A DNA stretch of 64,000 bases from Desulfobacterales bacterium (lineage in GTDB: Bacteria; Desulfobacterota; Desulfobacteria; Desulfobacterales; SpSt-501): assembly GCA_046496215.1 (NCBI GenBank), contig JAWOHH010000087.1:1665-65664 (forward strand), given 5' to 3'. The notes under the pieces were generated by a model, which was not told the DNA's origin, searched no databases, and saw only the letters and a program-made list of their open reading frames with translations. Shown piece by piece: positions 35,998-46,431 of the stretch. Position 1 is the first letter of the stretch, and each line of letters starts with the position of its first letter. Made by a program: the position numbers and the translations under genes.

Positions 35998-37473
35998 TTA
36001 GAACAGGTGGGCGATGTCCTTGGTCACCTCTTTGACCTTCTCCTCGACTCGTCCGATGGCGTCCGCCGAGAGTCCCAGCAGCATGGCGGAAGGGAGCCCG
36101 GCCAGATCGCTGCCGTCCCACTCGAAGGAGCTGTATCCCAATTTGCGCGTGAGCAGGTTCGCCAGATGAACGACCAGTATTTCCTTGTTGGTCTGAGCGG
36201 AAAAGTTTCCACCCTCGTGCAGCGAAACCACCTTCTGGAACTCGTCGCCGAACCCCCAGCGCTTGAGGAGCAGGATGCCGATCGACTGATGGGCCTCCTG
36301 GATGGCGCTCAGGACGGTGTCGATGTGGAGGTTCTTTTCCTGGGAGAGATCGGCAAACGCCCGAAGCAGGATGACTTTGCCGACGTCGTGGGTCAACCCC
36401 ATGAGGAACAAGGTCTCCGGGTCATCCAACAGCAGGGTCTGGGCGAACAGCTTTGAAGCGTATGCGCTTGCGAGCGAATGGCCCCACATCTCGTCGAGTG
36501 CCACCTTGAACTGGGGTTGCTTGGCCTCGTAGAGGCTCTTGTTGGCAATAGCCACGACGATGCTCAGGGTCTCCTTGAAACCCAGTCGCGGGATGGCCGC
36601 CTGAACGCTTTTGATGTCGCCGTATCCCCTATATACCGGGCTCTTTGCAACCGAAATCAACCGCAGGGAGATGACCGGGTCCTTTTCGAGAATCAGCGCC
36701 ACGTCCTTGACCGTCGCCTCCTGGCGCTTGATGGCGCTGCGCAGTTCAAAAACAACCTGAGGCATGGCCGGCGGCTGGATCTTTCCCGCGCTGAACTTCT
36801 GCAACACGGAGGCAAAATGTTGTTTGATCAGATTCGACTGCTTTTTATGCATGAAATCCTCTCCTGCCGCCGGGGTGGATTCCATAAATTTCTTGAAGGC
36901 GGTTACGAGTTCCGGGTCGAACTCCGCTCCGGCCTTTCCCTGGATTTCGGTCAGGGCCTCGCCGGTCGGAAGCCCCTGCGGCCGCCGATAGTTCGATGCC
37001 AGGCCGTCGAAGGCGTCGGCAAGGCAAATGATCCGCGCTGCCAGCGGAATCTCCTCGCCGCGCTGGCCGTCGGGGTAGCCGCTGCCGTCCCACGCCTCGT
37101 GATGGTGCCGGACGGCGGCCAGCAGGTGTTCGAATCTTTGCACGTGGGAAAGAATGCGGACCCCGGTTACGGGGTGTTTCTTAAGCTGTTGTGCCTCTTC
37201 TTCCGTCAGGGGTAAGCTCTTTGCGGCTGGATTTCCCGGCACAGCAACGAGGCCGGCATCATGAAGCAACCCCGCGAGGTAGAGATAATGCAGGTTGTCC
37301 TCGGCCAGAATACCGGCTGATTCAGAAAAATTTGCGCAAATATTGGCCACCCGTTCACAATGCTGCCTGAGGCGCGGCTCCTTCTCCTCAAGTGCGGCCA
37401 GCATCATCCTGGCGATTTCAAGCGACTGCTCCCGATCCGCTGCGGAAAGCGTAGAAAAAGAGTCATTGGACAT
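35998..37473 (-). CDS. HD-GYP domain protein with C-terminal HDOD domain (c-di-GMP phosphodiesterase-like)
   Basis: 'LLHDAGL', 'HHHEAWDGSGYPDG' (HD-GYP), then 'PPAMPQVVFELRSAI......V..VA.ILEKDPV.SLRLI..A.SP.Y' (HDOD). AGGAGA RBS. Confidence 0.8.
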   Translation of the reverse strand: MSNDSFSTLSAADREQSLEIARMMLAALEEKEPRLRQHCERVANICANFSESAGILAEDNLHYLYLAGLLHDAGLVAVPGNPAAKSLPLTEEEAQQLKKHPVTGVRILSHVQRFEHLLAAVRHHHEAWDGSGYPDGQRGEEIPLAARIICLADAFDGLASNYRRPQGLPTGEALTEIQGKAGAEFDPELVTAFKKFMESTPAAGEDFMHKKQSNLIKQHFASVLQKFSAGKIQPPAMPQVVFELRSAIKRQEATVKDVALILEKDPVISLRLISVAKSPVYRGYGDIKSVQAAIPRLGFKETLSIVVAIANKSLYEAKQPQFKVALDEMWGHSLASAYASKLFAQTLLLDDPETLFLMGLTHDVGKVILLRAFADLSQEKNLHIDTVLSAIQEAHQSIGILLLKRWGFGDEFQKVVSLHEGGNFSAQTNKEILVVHLANLLTRKLGYSSFEWDGSDLAGLPSAMLLGLSADAIGRVEEKVKEVTKDIAHLF

Positions 37474-37730
37474 TTATGAAGTCTCCTGGATGGCTGCAAT
37501 GAAAGCAGTCGGTTTTGAGGGCGATGCCGAACGCACCCCCCCCCTCACCTCATGGCCGTCGACCCCGGGTTGGGGGTCGAGGCAGCCGCTGCTGCCGGTT
37601 GCGTGGCTCCTGCCGGGGGGCGGTTCAGCACGGCGACATGAAACAGCCGGTCAATCACCCGAATCTAAATTTTACAACAGATTCCAGTAGGAAGCAAAAT
37701 TCCCGAGGCTTTTCCAGTGGCGATTACAGT

Positions 37731-37759
37731 TTGACACCGATGCGCGATTTCTCTATGAT
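37731..37759 (+). promoter_or_regulatory. Sigma70-type promoter for sucA-sucB-lpd (TTGACA-N17-TATGAT)
   Basis: Exact -35 consensus at 37731-37736, a 17-nt spacer, and -10 TATGAT at 37754-37759, 51 nt upstream of the sucA ATG. Confidence 0.55.
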
Positions 37760-37810
37760 CCGGCTGTTTTTCGGTCTTGCCAAAGAGATCCACCCCAGGA
37801 GCCACCCGCC

Positions 37811-40528
37811 ATGAGTTCATTCATCGCACCCAACCTCGAGCTCATCGAGAAGCAATACAGCCTTTGGAAATCAGATCCCTCCAGGCTCTCGCCGGATTGG
37901 CGGTTTTTTTTCGAGGGGTTCGACCTGGGCGCCTCCGGTCGCTTCCAGGAGCCGGCCGACGGCGACGGCACACAGATGCCCCGGCAGGCGCGTGTCCACT
38001 CCCTGGTGAGCCGCTTCCGCGAAATCGGCCACCTGCTCGCCTGTCTCGACCCCCTGGAGTCCTGCCCGACCGAACACCCGCTGCTGAGCCTCGACGCAGT
38101 CGGCCTGGGCCTGGAGGATCTCGAGCGCCGGTTTGTCGTCCCGGACGCCGCCCCCAACGTCAAAGCGCCCCTCAAAGACATTTTGGCCGGGTTCCGCGAA
38201 ACCTATTGCCGCTCCATCGGGGTCGAGTTCATGCACCTGCAGGACCCGGCCGAGCGGCGCTGGCTGATCGACCGCATGGAGCCGGTGCGCAACCGGCCCG
38301 ACCTGGACCCGGCCGCCCGGCGCCGCGTTCTGGAGAAGTTGGTCCAGTGCAACGTTTTCGAACAGTTTTTAAACACCAAGTATGTCGGCGTCACGCGCTT
38401 CTCCCTCGAAGGCGGGGATGCCCTGATCCCCGGCCTCGACGCCCTGCTCGAGCGCGCCGCTGCGCTGGGGGCTCGGGAGATTATCTTGGGCATGGCCCAC
38501 CGTGGGCGGCTTAACGTCCAGGTTAACATCATCGCCAAGCCGTTCACCGACATCTTCAGCGAATTCGAGAACTGCTACGACCCGGACAACCTCGTGGGGG
38601 CCGGCGATGTCAAGTACCACACGGGCTACCTGAACGACATCCAAACTCCCGGGGAGCGCACGCTGCGGGTGCTCATGATGAACAACCCCAGCCACCTCGA
38701 AGCCGTGGACCCCGTCGTTGAGGGGTTTGCCCGAGCCCGGCAGGAGATTGCGGGGGACGCCTCCGGCAAACAGGTGCTGCCGCTTCTGATCCACGGCGAC
38801 GCCGCGTTCGCCGGCCAGGGCGTGGTGGCCGAAACCCTGAACCTCTCGCAGCTGGCCGGTTACAGGACCGGCGGCACCGTGCACGTCGTCATCAACAACC
38901 AGATCGGCTACACCACCCTGCCCGAGCATGCGCGCTCCACGCGCTACTCGACCGACATCGCCAAGATGCTCATGGTGCCGGTGTTTCACGTGCACGGCGA
39001 AAACCCGGAGGCCGTGGTCCACGTGATGCACCTGGCCGCCGAGTATCGCTGGCGGTTCGGCAAGGACGTGGTCGTCGACCTGGTCTGCTTCCGCCGCTAC
39101 GGCCACAACGAGGGCGACGAGCCCTACTTCACCCAGCCGCTCATGTACGAGCGCATCCGCGAGCGCCCCTCTTTAGAGCAACTCTACGCCGCCGAACTCA
39201 TCGACCAGGGGCTGGTGGCCGCAGCCGATGTCGAGCGCATCGCCGAGCAGATGCGTGGACGCCTGAACGCCGACTACGACTCCGCCCACGGCAGCGTCTG
39301 CGTGTTCCCAGAGCAGCGCACCTATGAGAACTGGGCCCCTTACTCCAGCGTTTATTCGCCCGTCAGCACCGATACCGGTGTGCCCCGCGACACCCTTCTC
39401 GCGCTGGCCCGCAGCCTGAACCGGGTCCCTGAGGGGTTCAATCTGAACCCAAAGCTCGCAAAGCTGCTCGCACGGCGCCTGGACGCCGTCGAAACGGGCG
39501 CCGGCATCGATTGGGCCAACGCCGAAGCCCTGGCCCTTGCCAGCCTCTTGGCCGAGGGGCATCCGGTTCGACTCAGCGGCCAGGACAGCGGCCGCGGCAC
39601 CTTCAGCCAGCGCCACAGCGTGCTGATCGACACCCAAAGCGGCGCCGCCGACACCCCCCTGAACCGCGTCAAAGCGGGCCAAGCCCGCTTTTCCGTCTGG
39701 GACAGCCCGCTGTCCGAAGCCGGGGTGCTCGGCTTCGAATACGGCTACTCGCTCGCGCGGCCCGAGGGTCTGACCCTTTGGGAGGCCCAGTTCGGGGATT
39801 TTGCCAACAACGCCCAGACCGTGATCGACCTGTTCATCGCCAGCGGCGAGGCCAAGTGGCAGCGGCTGAGCGGCCTAACGCTGCTCCTGCCCCACGGCAT
39901 GGAGGGGCTCGGACCGGAACACTCCAGCGCACGCCTGGAGCGCTTCCTGCAGCTGTGCGCCGACGAAAACATCCAGGTCTGCCAGCCCACCACTCCGGCC
40001 CAGTACTTTCATCTGCTGCGCCGGCAGGCGCTCGCCGGGTATCGCAAACCACTCGTCGTCATGACTCCCAAGAGCCTCCTGCGCCTTCCGGCGGTGGTTT
40101 CCACCACCGAGGAGCTCGCCAAGGGCAGCTTTCGCGGAGTGAGGGAGGACCCCGATGCCGACGCCTCCGCGGCCTTGGTCCTCTTCTGCAGCGGCAAGGT
40201 GGTTTACGAGCTGATGCAGCGGCGTAAAGACCTCCAGCGCACGGACCTCGCCGTCCTGAGACTCGAGCAGCTCTACCCGTTTCCTCAGTCGCATTTGAAG
40301 TTCGCCCTCAAGCGCTTCAAGGCGGTCAAGCGCTGGGCCTGGGTGCAGGACGAGCCGGAAAATATGGGCGCCTGGCATTTCATCCGGCCACGGCTGGAGG
40401 CCGTCACCGGCAAGCCGATCGCCTACATCGGACGCCCGGAATCCCCATCGCCGGCAACGGGTTTCCCGCACATCTACCGCCGCCGGCAGGCGGAGATCAT
40501 CGACCGCGCCGTGGGCCCGAAACCCTGA
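37811..40528 (+). CDS. sucA: 2-oxoglutarate dehydrogenase E1 component
   Basis: 905 aa with SucA blocks ('RGH..A.LDPL', 'MAHRGRLNV', 'GDVKYH.G', '[13 protein letters not shown]', 'RR.GHNE.DEP'). Confidence 0.9.
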   Translation: MSSFIAPNLELIEKQYSLWKSDPSRLSPDWRFFFEGFDLGASGRFQEPADGDGTQMPRQARVHSLVSRFREIGHLLACLDPLESCPTEHPLLSLDAVGLGLEDLERRFVVPDAAPNVKAPLKDILAGFRETYCRSIGVEFMHLQDPAERRWLIDRMEPVRNRPDLDPAARRRVLEKLVQCNVFEQFLNTKYVGVTRFSLEGGDALIPGLDALLERAAALGAREIILGMAHRGRLNVQVNIIAKPFTDIFSEFENCYDPDNLVGAGDVKYHTGYLNDIQTPGERTLRVLMMNNPSHLEAVDPVVEGFARARQEIAGDASGKQVLPLLIHGDAAFAGQGVVAETLNLSQLAGYRTGGTVHVVINNQIGYTTLPEHARSTRYSTDIAKMLMVPVFHVHGENPEAVVHVMHLAAEYRWRFGKDVVVDLVCFRRYGHNEGDEPYFTQPLMYERIRERPSLEQLYAAELIDQGLVAAADVERIAEQMRGRLNADYDSAHGSVCVFPEQRTYENWAPYSSVYSPVSTDTGVPRDTLLALARSLNRVPEGFNLNPKLAKLLARRLDAVETGAGIDWANAEALALASLLAEGHPVRLSGQDSGRGTFSQRHSVLIDTQSGAADTPLNRVKAGQARFSVWDSPLSEAGVLGFEYGYSLARPEGLTLWEAQFGDFANNAQTVIDLFIASGEAKWQRLSGLTLLLPHGMEGLGPEHSSARLERFLQLCADENIQVCQPTTPAQYFHLLRRQALAGYRKPLVVMTPKSLLRLPAVVSTTEELAKGSFRGVREDPDADASAALVLFCSGKVVYELMQRRKDLQRTDLAVLRLEQLYPFPQSHLKFALKRFKAVKRWAWVQDEPENMGAWHFIRPRLEAVTGKPIAYIGRPESPSPATGFPHIYRRRQAEIIDRAVGPKP

Positions 40529-40619
40529 GAGGTGCCTTTTCCGGCCAGCCCGGTTTGAGTTTCAATTGCCGAAATCGCACGGCACGCGGCGCAACATCGA
40601 TCTCAGCAAAGGAGAGGCC

Positions 40620-41957
40620 ATGGCATTGGTCGAAATCAAAGTCCCCGGCGTCGGCGAGTCCATCACCGAGGCGCTTCTGGCCGAGTGGTTTAAAAACGAC
40701 GGGGACTTCGTGCGCAAGGACGAGGCCCTCTTCGCCTTGGAAACCGACAAAGTGACCCTTGAGGTCCTGGCCGAGGCCTCCGGAACGCTCGGCGTCACCG
40801 TGAAAGCCGGGACCACGGTCAAAGTCGGATCGGTGGTGGGCACCATCGATCCGGCCGCCGCCGCAAAGGGGCAAACCACCGCTCCAGAGCCGGCTGCGCC
40901 CCAGGCCGACCCGGCCGCCGCGACGCCCGAGGCTCACAAAGCCCCGGCTCCGGCACCCCCCAAGGCCGAACGCCCGGCGCCGGCACCCAAACCGGTGCCC
41001 GAGCCCCGTGCCGAGGCTGCACCGGAGGCGGCCCGGACCACCGACCCCGGGCGGGATCTGCCGCCCTCCGTGCGGCGCCTGGTGGCCGAACACGGCCTGA
41101 ACGCGAGCCGCATCCCGGGCACGGGCCCGTCCGGGCGCATCACCAAGGGGGACGTGCTGCTTTTCATCGAAACCTCGAAAGCGGCGCCGGCGGCAACACC
41201 CGCGGCACTCGATGCCCCGGCAGCCGATGCGGCCTGCCCGCCCTGCGACGGCCCTGAGGAAGAGACCACGCGCAAACCCATGAGCCCCATCCGCAAGCGC
41301 ATCGCCGAGCGGCTGCTCAAAGCGCGACAGAATACGGCCATGCTCACCACCTTCAACGACATCGACATGAGTGCTGTTATCGAGCTGCGCCAGCGCTATA
41401 AGGAGTCGTTCCAGAAAAAATACGGGGTGTCCCTGGGGTTCATGTCCTTTTTCGTCAAGGCCAGCGTAGAGGCCCTGAAAGCCGTCCCCGAGATCAACGC
41501 CTTCATCGACGGCCCGGACATCCTTTACCACAGCTACTACCACATCGGGGTCGCCGTCGGCTCCGAAAAAGGGCTGGTCGTGCCGGTCATCCGCCACGCG
41601 GACCGCCTCTCTTTCGCCCAGATCGAGCAGGCCATCGGTGCGGTCGTGGCCAGGATCAGGGAAAACAAACTCCAGCTCTCCGATCTGGAGGGCGGCACCT
41701 TTACGATCACCAACGGCGGCGTCTTCGGCTCGCTTCTGAGCACTCCCATTCTGAACACGCCCCAGAGCGGCATTCTCGGCATGCACCGCGTGGACCGCCG
41801 CCCGGTGGCGATCGACGACGCGGTGGTGATCCGGCCGATGATGTATGTGGCCCTCAGCTACGACCACCGCATCGTCGACGGCCGTGAGGCCGTCACCTTC
41901 CTCAAGCACATCAAGGAGTGCATCGAGAACCCGGAACGGATCATGATGGGGATCTGA
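40620..41957 (+). CDS. sucB: Dihydrolipoyllysine-residue succinyltransferase E2
   Basis: Lipoyl domain 'LETDKV', Ala/Pro linker, PSBD '[12 protein letters not shown]', catalytic 'SYDHRIVDG'. AAGGAGAGG RBS before ATG 40620. Confidence 0.9.
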   Translation: MALVEIKVPGVGESITEALLAEWFKNDGDFVRKDEALFALETDKVTLEVLAEASGTLGVTVKAGTTVKVGSVVGTIDPAAAAKGQTTAPEPAAPQADPAAATPEAHKAPAPAPPKAERPAPAPKPVPEPRAEAAPEAARTTDPGRDLPPSVRRLVAEHGLNASRIPGTGPSGRITKGDVLLFIETSKAAPAATPAALDAPAADAACPPCDGPEEETTRKPMSPIRKRIAERLLKARQNTAMLTTFNDIDMSAVIELRQRYKESFQKKYGVSLGFMSFFVKASVEALKAVPEINAFIDGPDILYHSYYHIGVAVGSEKGLVVPVIRHADRLSFAQIEQAIGAVVARIRENKLQLSDLEGGTFTITNGGVFGSLLSTPILNTPQSGILGMHRVDRRPVAIDDAVVIRPMMYVALSYDHRIVDGREAVTFLKHIKECIENPERIMMGI

Positions 41958-41959
41958 GC

Positions 41960-43351
41960 ATGGCCGACAGCAACGCCTACGACGTGGTCATCATCGGCAG
42001 CGGCCCGGGAGGTTATGTCGCCGCGGTGCGCGCCGCCCAACTCGGTTTGAAAACGGCCTGCGTCGAGCGATGGCCGCGCCTGGGCGGGGTGTGCCTGAAC
42101 GTCGGCTGCATCCCGAGCAAGGCGCTCCTGGATTCGAGCGAGCATTTCCACCTCGCCCGCACCGCGCTGGCCGGCCACGGGATAACGACCGGCGAGGTCG
42201 GCATGGATCTGGCCAAGATGATGGCCCGCAAGGAGCTGGTGGTCAAAGAGCTGACCGACAACGTGCGCAAGCTCCTTGAAAACCACAAGGTCGCCATCGT
42301 TCAGGGCACCGCCCGGCTCGCCGGCAGCCAGCGGGTCGAGGTCGAAACCGGGGCAGGGGCCCAAACGCTTTCGGCGCCGAACATCATCCTGGCCACCGGC
42401 AGCGAGCCGGTCGCACCGGCCGGCCTGGCCTTCGACGGCAAGACCATCCTCAGCTCCACTGAAGCCCTCCGGCTCGACGCCGTCCCAAAACGACTGGGCA
42501 TCGTCGGCGGCGGCTACATCGGGCTCGAGCTGGGTTCGGTCTGGATGCGGCTTGGCTCCCGGGTGACCGTCATCGAGATGCTCCCGGAGATCGCCCCCTC
42601 CCTGGACGGCCAGGTGCGGCGCCGGCTGCAGAGCCTTTTAAAAAAGCAGGGGTTCACCTTCCGGTTGGGCACCCGCGTCGCGCGTGCCACGGTCACCCGC
42701 GGCATCGCCGCGGTCGAGGTCGAATCGGAAAACACCTCCGACACTCTGGAGTTCGACACGCTCCTGGTCAGTGTGGGCCGCCGTCCGCTCACCCGTGGGC
42801 TCGGACTTGAGGCGGTCGGCGTGGAAACCGAGGCGGAGACCGGATGTGTGCGCGTGGACGCCTCGCTGCAAACGAGTGCACCCGGCATCTTCGCCATCGG
42901 GGACCTCGTGCCGGGCCCCATGCTCGCCCACAAGGCATCGGCCGAGGGCCGGGCCGCGGCGGAAATCATCGCCGGGAAACCGGGGGAGGTCAACTACGAC
43001 GCCATCCCGGCCATCATCTACACCGCTCCCGAGGTCGCCGGCGTGGGCCTGACCGAGGAGCAGGTCAAAGAACGCGGGATCCCCTATGCCACGGGCGTCT
43101 ACCCGTTTGCCGGAGCGGGCCGGGCCCGCTGCCTCGGCGCCACCGAGGGCTTTGTCAAGGTCATCGCACACAAATCGACCGACCGCCTGCTCGGCGTGCA
43201 CGTCATCGGCGCCCGGGCCTCCGAGATGATCGCCGAGGCGGTGATCGCACTCGAGTTCGGCGCCAGCGCCGAAGACATCGCCCGGACCGTTCACGGCCAC
43301 CCGACTTTTTCCGAAGCCCTGATGGAGGCCGCCGCAGCCGTGCGCGCATGA
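41960..43351 (+). CDS. lpdA: Dihydrolipoyl dehydrogenase E3
   Basis: 'YDVVIIGSGPGGY', redox-active 'GGVCLNVGCIPSK', C-terminal 'HGHPTFSEA'. ATG 41960. Confidence 0.9.
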   Translation: MADSNAYDVVIIGSGPGGYVAAVRAAQLGLKTACVERWPRLGGVCLNVGCIPSKALLDSSEHFHLARTALAGHGITTGEVGMDLAKMMARKELVVKELTDNVRKLLENHKVAIVQGTARLAGSQRVEVETGAGAQTLSAPNIILATGSEPVAPAGLAFDGKTILSSTEALRLDAVPKRLGIVGGGYIGLELGSVWMRLGSRVTVIEMLPEIAPSLDGQVRRRLQSLLKKQGFTFRLGTRVARATVTRGIAAVEVESENTSDTLEFDTLLVSVGRRPLTRGLGLEAVGVETEAETGCVRVDASLQTSAPGIFAIGDLVPGPMLAHKASAEGRAAAEIIAGKPGEVNYDAIPAIIYTAPEVAGVGLTEEQVKERGIPYATGVYPFAGAGRARCLGATEGFVKVIAHKSTDRLLGVHVIGARASEMIAEAVIALEFGASAEDIARTVHGHPTFSEALMEAAAAVRA

Positions 43352-43384
43352 AATGCCACTCTTTGCAATCGGGGTGCTTCCGAC

Positions 43385-44359
43385 GTGGCCAACAAGAGCT
43401 CATCCTTCGCTGAAGTCCAGGGGCGCAAGCAGCGGGCAGCGCTGATATCGGTCCTGTCCAACGCCACCCTGGTGGTAGCCAAGCTCAGCATCGGGTTTAT
43501 GATCGGTTCGGTGTCGGTCATCTCCGAGGCCATCCACTCGGGCGTGGACCTAGTGGCAGCGGCCATTGCCCTTTACTCGGTTCGCACCTCGAGCATACCG
43601 GCCGACCGCGGCCACCCGTTCGGCCACGGCAAGATCGAAAACGTATCCGGCACCATCGAAGCGCTGCTTATCTTTGCGGCCGCCGGCTGGATCATTTACG
43701 AGGCCATCCACAAGCTCATCCACCCCGAACCCATGGAGGCCCCGCTGCTCGGCGTCGCCGTGATGCTGGTATCCGCAGTCGCCAACATTGCCGTGTCGCA
43801 GCTGCTTTTCAAGGTGGGGCGCGAAACCGACTCCATTGCCCTTTTGGCCGACGCCTGGCACCTTCGGACCGATGTCTACACCTCGCTGGGCGTCATGACC
43901 GGGCTCGGCATCATCTGGCTGGGGCAAGGGGTGCTGCCCGGCACCGACCTGCACTGGATCGACCCGGTCTGTGCCATCGGGGTGGCGGTTCTGATCATCA
44001 AAGCGGCCTATGACCTGACCCGGCAGGCCGCGCGCGATCTTCTGGATGCCAGCCTCCCGCCGCAGGAGGAGGAGTGGATCCAAAAAAGCGTCGAAGCCGA
44101 GCGCAGCATCGTCAACGGCTACCACGCGCTGCGCACGCGCAAGGCGGGCCACTTCCGCTTCGTGGAATTTCACATCCAGGTCGACCCGCTGATGAGTGTG
44201 GCCGAGTCCCATGCCCTGACGCAGAAGCTCAGCGAGACCATTCAAGCACGGATACCGAACGCGAGCGTCACGATCCACGTGGAGCCCTGCACCATGGAGT
44301 GCACCGAAAAGTGTTTGCAAGGTTGCCTGGTCCCGGGGACGAAGGTCGATCAGCGGTGA
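43385..44359 (+). CDS. Cation diffusion facilitator (CDF) metal efflux transporter
   Basis: Six TM helices, 'SEAIHSGVDL' and 'ADAWHLRTD' motifs, C-terminal cytoplasmic domain. GTG start. Confidence 0.85.
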   Translation: MANKSSSFAEVQGRKQRAALISVLSNATLVVAKLSIGFMIGSVSVISEAIHSGVDLVAAAIALYSVRTSSIPADRGHPFGHGKIENVSGTIEALLIFAAAGWIIYEAIHKLIHPEPMEAPLLGVAVMLVSAVANIAVSQLLFKVGRETDSIALLADAWHLRTDVYTSLGVMTGLGIIWLGQGVLPGTDLHWIDPVCAIGVAVLIIKAAYDLTRQAARDLLDASLPPQEEEWIQKSVEAERSIVNGYHALRTRKAGHFRFVEFHIQVDPLMSVAESHALTQKLSETIQARIPNASVTIHVEPCTMECTEKCLQGCLVPGTKVDQR

Positions 44360-44421
44360 CGGCCTGAAGGATCGAAGAGGGCAACGATCCACCCCGATTC
44401 AATTAAACGAGGAGAGCCGAC

Positions 44422-45384
44422 ATGATCACCGAGGTTAAGGCGAAAGGGCTGAACACAAAAAAATTCATAGAGGAAAGGGTTGCCGAAATCCGCAGGGCCG
44501 TGGGCGACGGATTGGCCATCAACGCGCTCTCCGGCGGCGTCGACTCGTCCACCGTCACCCTGCTCGGCCACCGTGCGTTGGGAAAGCGGCTCACGACGGT
44601 CTTCATCGAAAACGGACTGATGCGGGACGGTGAGCCCCGGCAGGTGGTGGCGCTTTTTAGAAAGCTCAAGGTGCCGGTCGAGATCGTGGAGGCACGCGCG
44701 GAGTTCTTTGCGGCGCTGCGGGGGCTCACGGACCCGGAGGAGAAGCGCGAGGCGATCACCCAGACCTTCTACCGGCATGTCTTCGGCCGCATCGTCAAAC
44801 AAAGCGGCGCTCGTTTTTTGCTCCAGGGCACCATTTTGACCGACGTCGACGAGACCGTGGCCGGCATCAAGCGCCAGCACAACGTTTTTGCCCAGCTCGG
44901 CATCGACCCGCAGGAGGCCTTCGGCTATGGGATCATCGAGCCCCTGCTCCAGCTGCGCAAGGACGGGGTACGCAAAGTGGGCATGGCCCTCGGCTTGCCT
45001 GAATCGACCTGCCGGCGCATCCCGTTCCCCGGGCCGGCCCTGGCCGCCCGGGTGATCGGCGAGGCGACCCCCGATCGTATCGAGACGGTGCGCAAGGCCA
45101 CGGCCGTGGTGGAAAAACACCTTAAGAGCACCCGGGCATTTCAGTACCTGGCGATCCTGCATGCAGACCGCGTGACCGGCATGCGCGCGGGCCGGCGCGA
45201 GTTCGGCCAGCAGATCGAGATCCGCTGCTGGGACAGTATCGACGCCCGCGTGGCCACCCCCACCCGGCTGCCGTTCGCCGCTTTGCAGAATATGGCGAGC
45301 GAGATCACCCAAAAGGTGCCGGGGGTCGTCAGCGTCACTTACAACATCACCCCCAAGCCGCCCTCCACGATCGAGGCGGTTTAA
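44422..45384 (+). CDS. Stand-alone GMP synthase ATP-pyrophosphatase/dimerisation module (GuaA subunit-B-like)
   Basis: PP-loop 'LSGGVDSS', 'DPEEKR', 'LLQGTI..DV.E', 'PFPGPALAARV', C-terminus 'YNITPKPPSTIE', colinear with the C-terminal half of E. coli GuaA. No GATase domain. Confidence 0.75.
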   Translation: MITEVKAKGLNTKKFIEERVAEIRRAVGDGLAINALSGGVDSSTVTLLGHRALGKRLTTVFIENGLMRDGEPRQVVALFRKLKVPVEIVEARAEFFAALRGLTDPEEKREAITQTFYRHVFGRIVKQSGARFLLQGTILTDVDETVAGIKRQHNVFAQLGIDPQEAFGYGIIEPLLQLRKDGVRKVGMALGLPESTCRRIPFPGPALAARVIGEATPDRIETVRKATAVVEKHLKSTRAFQYLAILHADRVTGMRAGRREFGQQIEIRCWDSIDARVATPTRLPFAALQNMASEITQKVPGVVSVTYNITPKPPSTIEAV

Positions 45385-45576
45385 AAACGGCCTCGCGCTG
45401 CCCGAGGATGGCCGCCGGGATCGCAGAGATAGCCCTCGCAGTCGCTGACCCAGACGAGGCGGGCAGCCGGCAGCCGCTGTTTCAACAGACGGGCGGTATG
45501 GGCCCCAACGGCCCTGAAGCCTTGGATATGGCTTGGAGCGGGTTTTCCACGGCAAGCGTCGGAAGCGGGGAAATGA

Positions 45577-46431
45577 TCAGCTCTTGCCGAGCAGCGGCTT
45601 CTGAATCAGCGGAACGGCAGCCGGGGCGATGTTCTGGGGATTGGATAGCAGCGAGGTCGAGAAGGCCACCAAAATCGTCACGCGCCGGTTGGAGAAGTCG
45701 TGCGGCTTTTCGGGGCTTTTCAACCGCCGGTCGGCGTAGCCGTTGACGCCGGTGATCTGGTGGTCGCGGACCCCGCCCTCCTCCAAAACCCGCCGGGCGG
45801 CATTGGCACGGTCCGAGCTCAAGTCCCAGTTGTTGTAGCCGGGCCGGACATAGGGCCGGCTGTCGGTGTGGCCTTCGATCACCACGTCGTTGGGAAAGGC
45901 CCCGATCCGCGAGGCGATCAGCTTGAGCAGCTTCACGGAATCGGCCTTGAGGTGCGAGCTGCCGATGTCGAAGAACAACCCTTCCGACTGCTCGATCAGT
46001 TCGATGCGCAACCCCTCGTTTGTGATCGTGATCTGGATCTGGTCCTTGAATTTGGCTAGATCGGGAAGCGCCGCGATGGCCTTGATCAGCTTTTCGCCCA
46101 CCTCGCGCAACTGATCCACCTCGGACTGCTCGGGGAGGGTTGGTTGCACGGCCGGCACCGCCGGCCGCGGGTCTGAAAACGGTTTGATCGAGTCGATGCC
46201 GTTCAGCACGCCGGAGGCGGTCTTGTGCACCGCCCCGGGGTCCCTGAAATAGTCGGCCACGGAGCTGCGGATGGTCACGTTGTTGGCGATGATCCACAGC
46301 ACGATGAAGAGCGCCATCATGGCGGTGACGAAATCGGCGTAGGCCACTTTCCAGGCCCCCCCGTGGTGTCCCTCGTGCCCGCCCCGCTTCTTGACCTTCT
46401 TGATGATGGTGTATTTTTCCGCGTCGCTCAC
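45577..46431 (-). CDS. motB: Flagellar motor stator protein MotB (OmpA-like C-terminus)
   Basis: 'HGGAWKVAYADFVTAMMALFIVLW' plug/TM with the conserved Asp. OmpA-like 'GHTD..P......NW.LS..RA..'. Overlaps the motA stop. Confidence 0.85.
   Translation of the reverse strand: MSDAEKYTIIKKVKKRGGHEGHHGGAWKVAYADFVTAMMALFIVLWIIANNVTIRSSVADYFRDPGAVHKTASGVLNGIDSIKPFSDPRPAVPAVQPTLPEQSEVDQLREVGEKLIKAIAALPDLAKFKDQIQITITNEGLRIELIEQSEGLFFDIGSSHLKADSVKLLKLIASRIGAFPNDVVIEGHTDSRPYVRPGYNNWDLSSDRANAARRVLEEGGVRDHQITGVNGYADRRLKSPEKPHDFSNRRVTILVAFSTSLLSNPQNIAPAAVPLIQKPLLGKS

Noticed and set aside
35742-36035. ORFs of 70-97 aa inside the 35661-35997 intergenic region, and similar ones in 37474-37810.
   Set aside because: They have no RBS, an Arg/Ala-rich composition and no family resemblance, and they overlap the end of the HD-GYP gene. 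They are most likely non-coding.
45385-45576. Start-less open frame on the minus strand between the guaA-like gene and motB ('..GFRAVGAHTARLLKQRLPAARLVWVSDCEGYLCDPGGHP..').
   Set aside because: It has no ATG/GTG start and is bounded upstream by a TGA inside motB. I could not assign it to any family. It is possibly a gene remnant, but this is unsupported.
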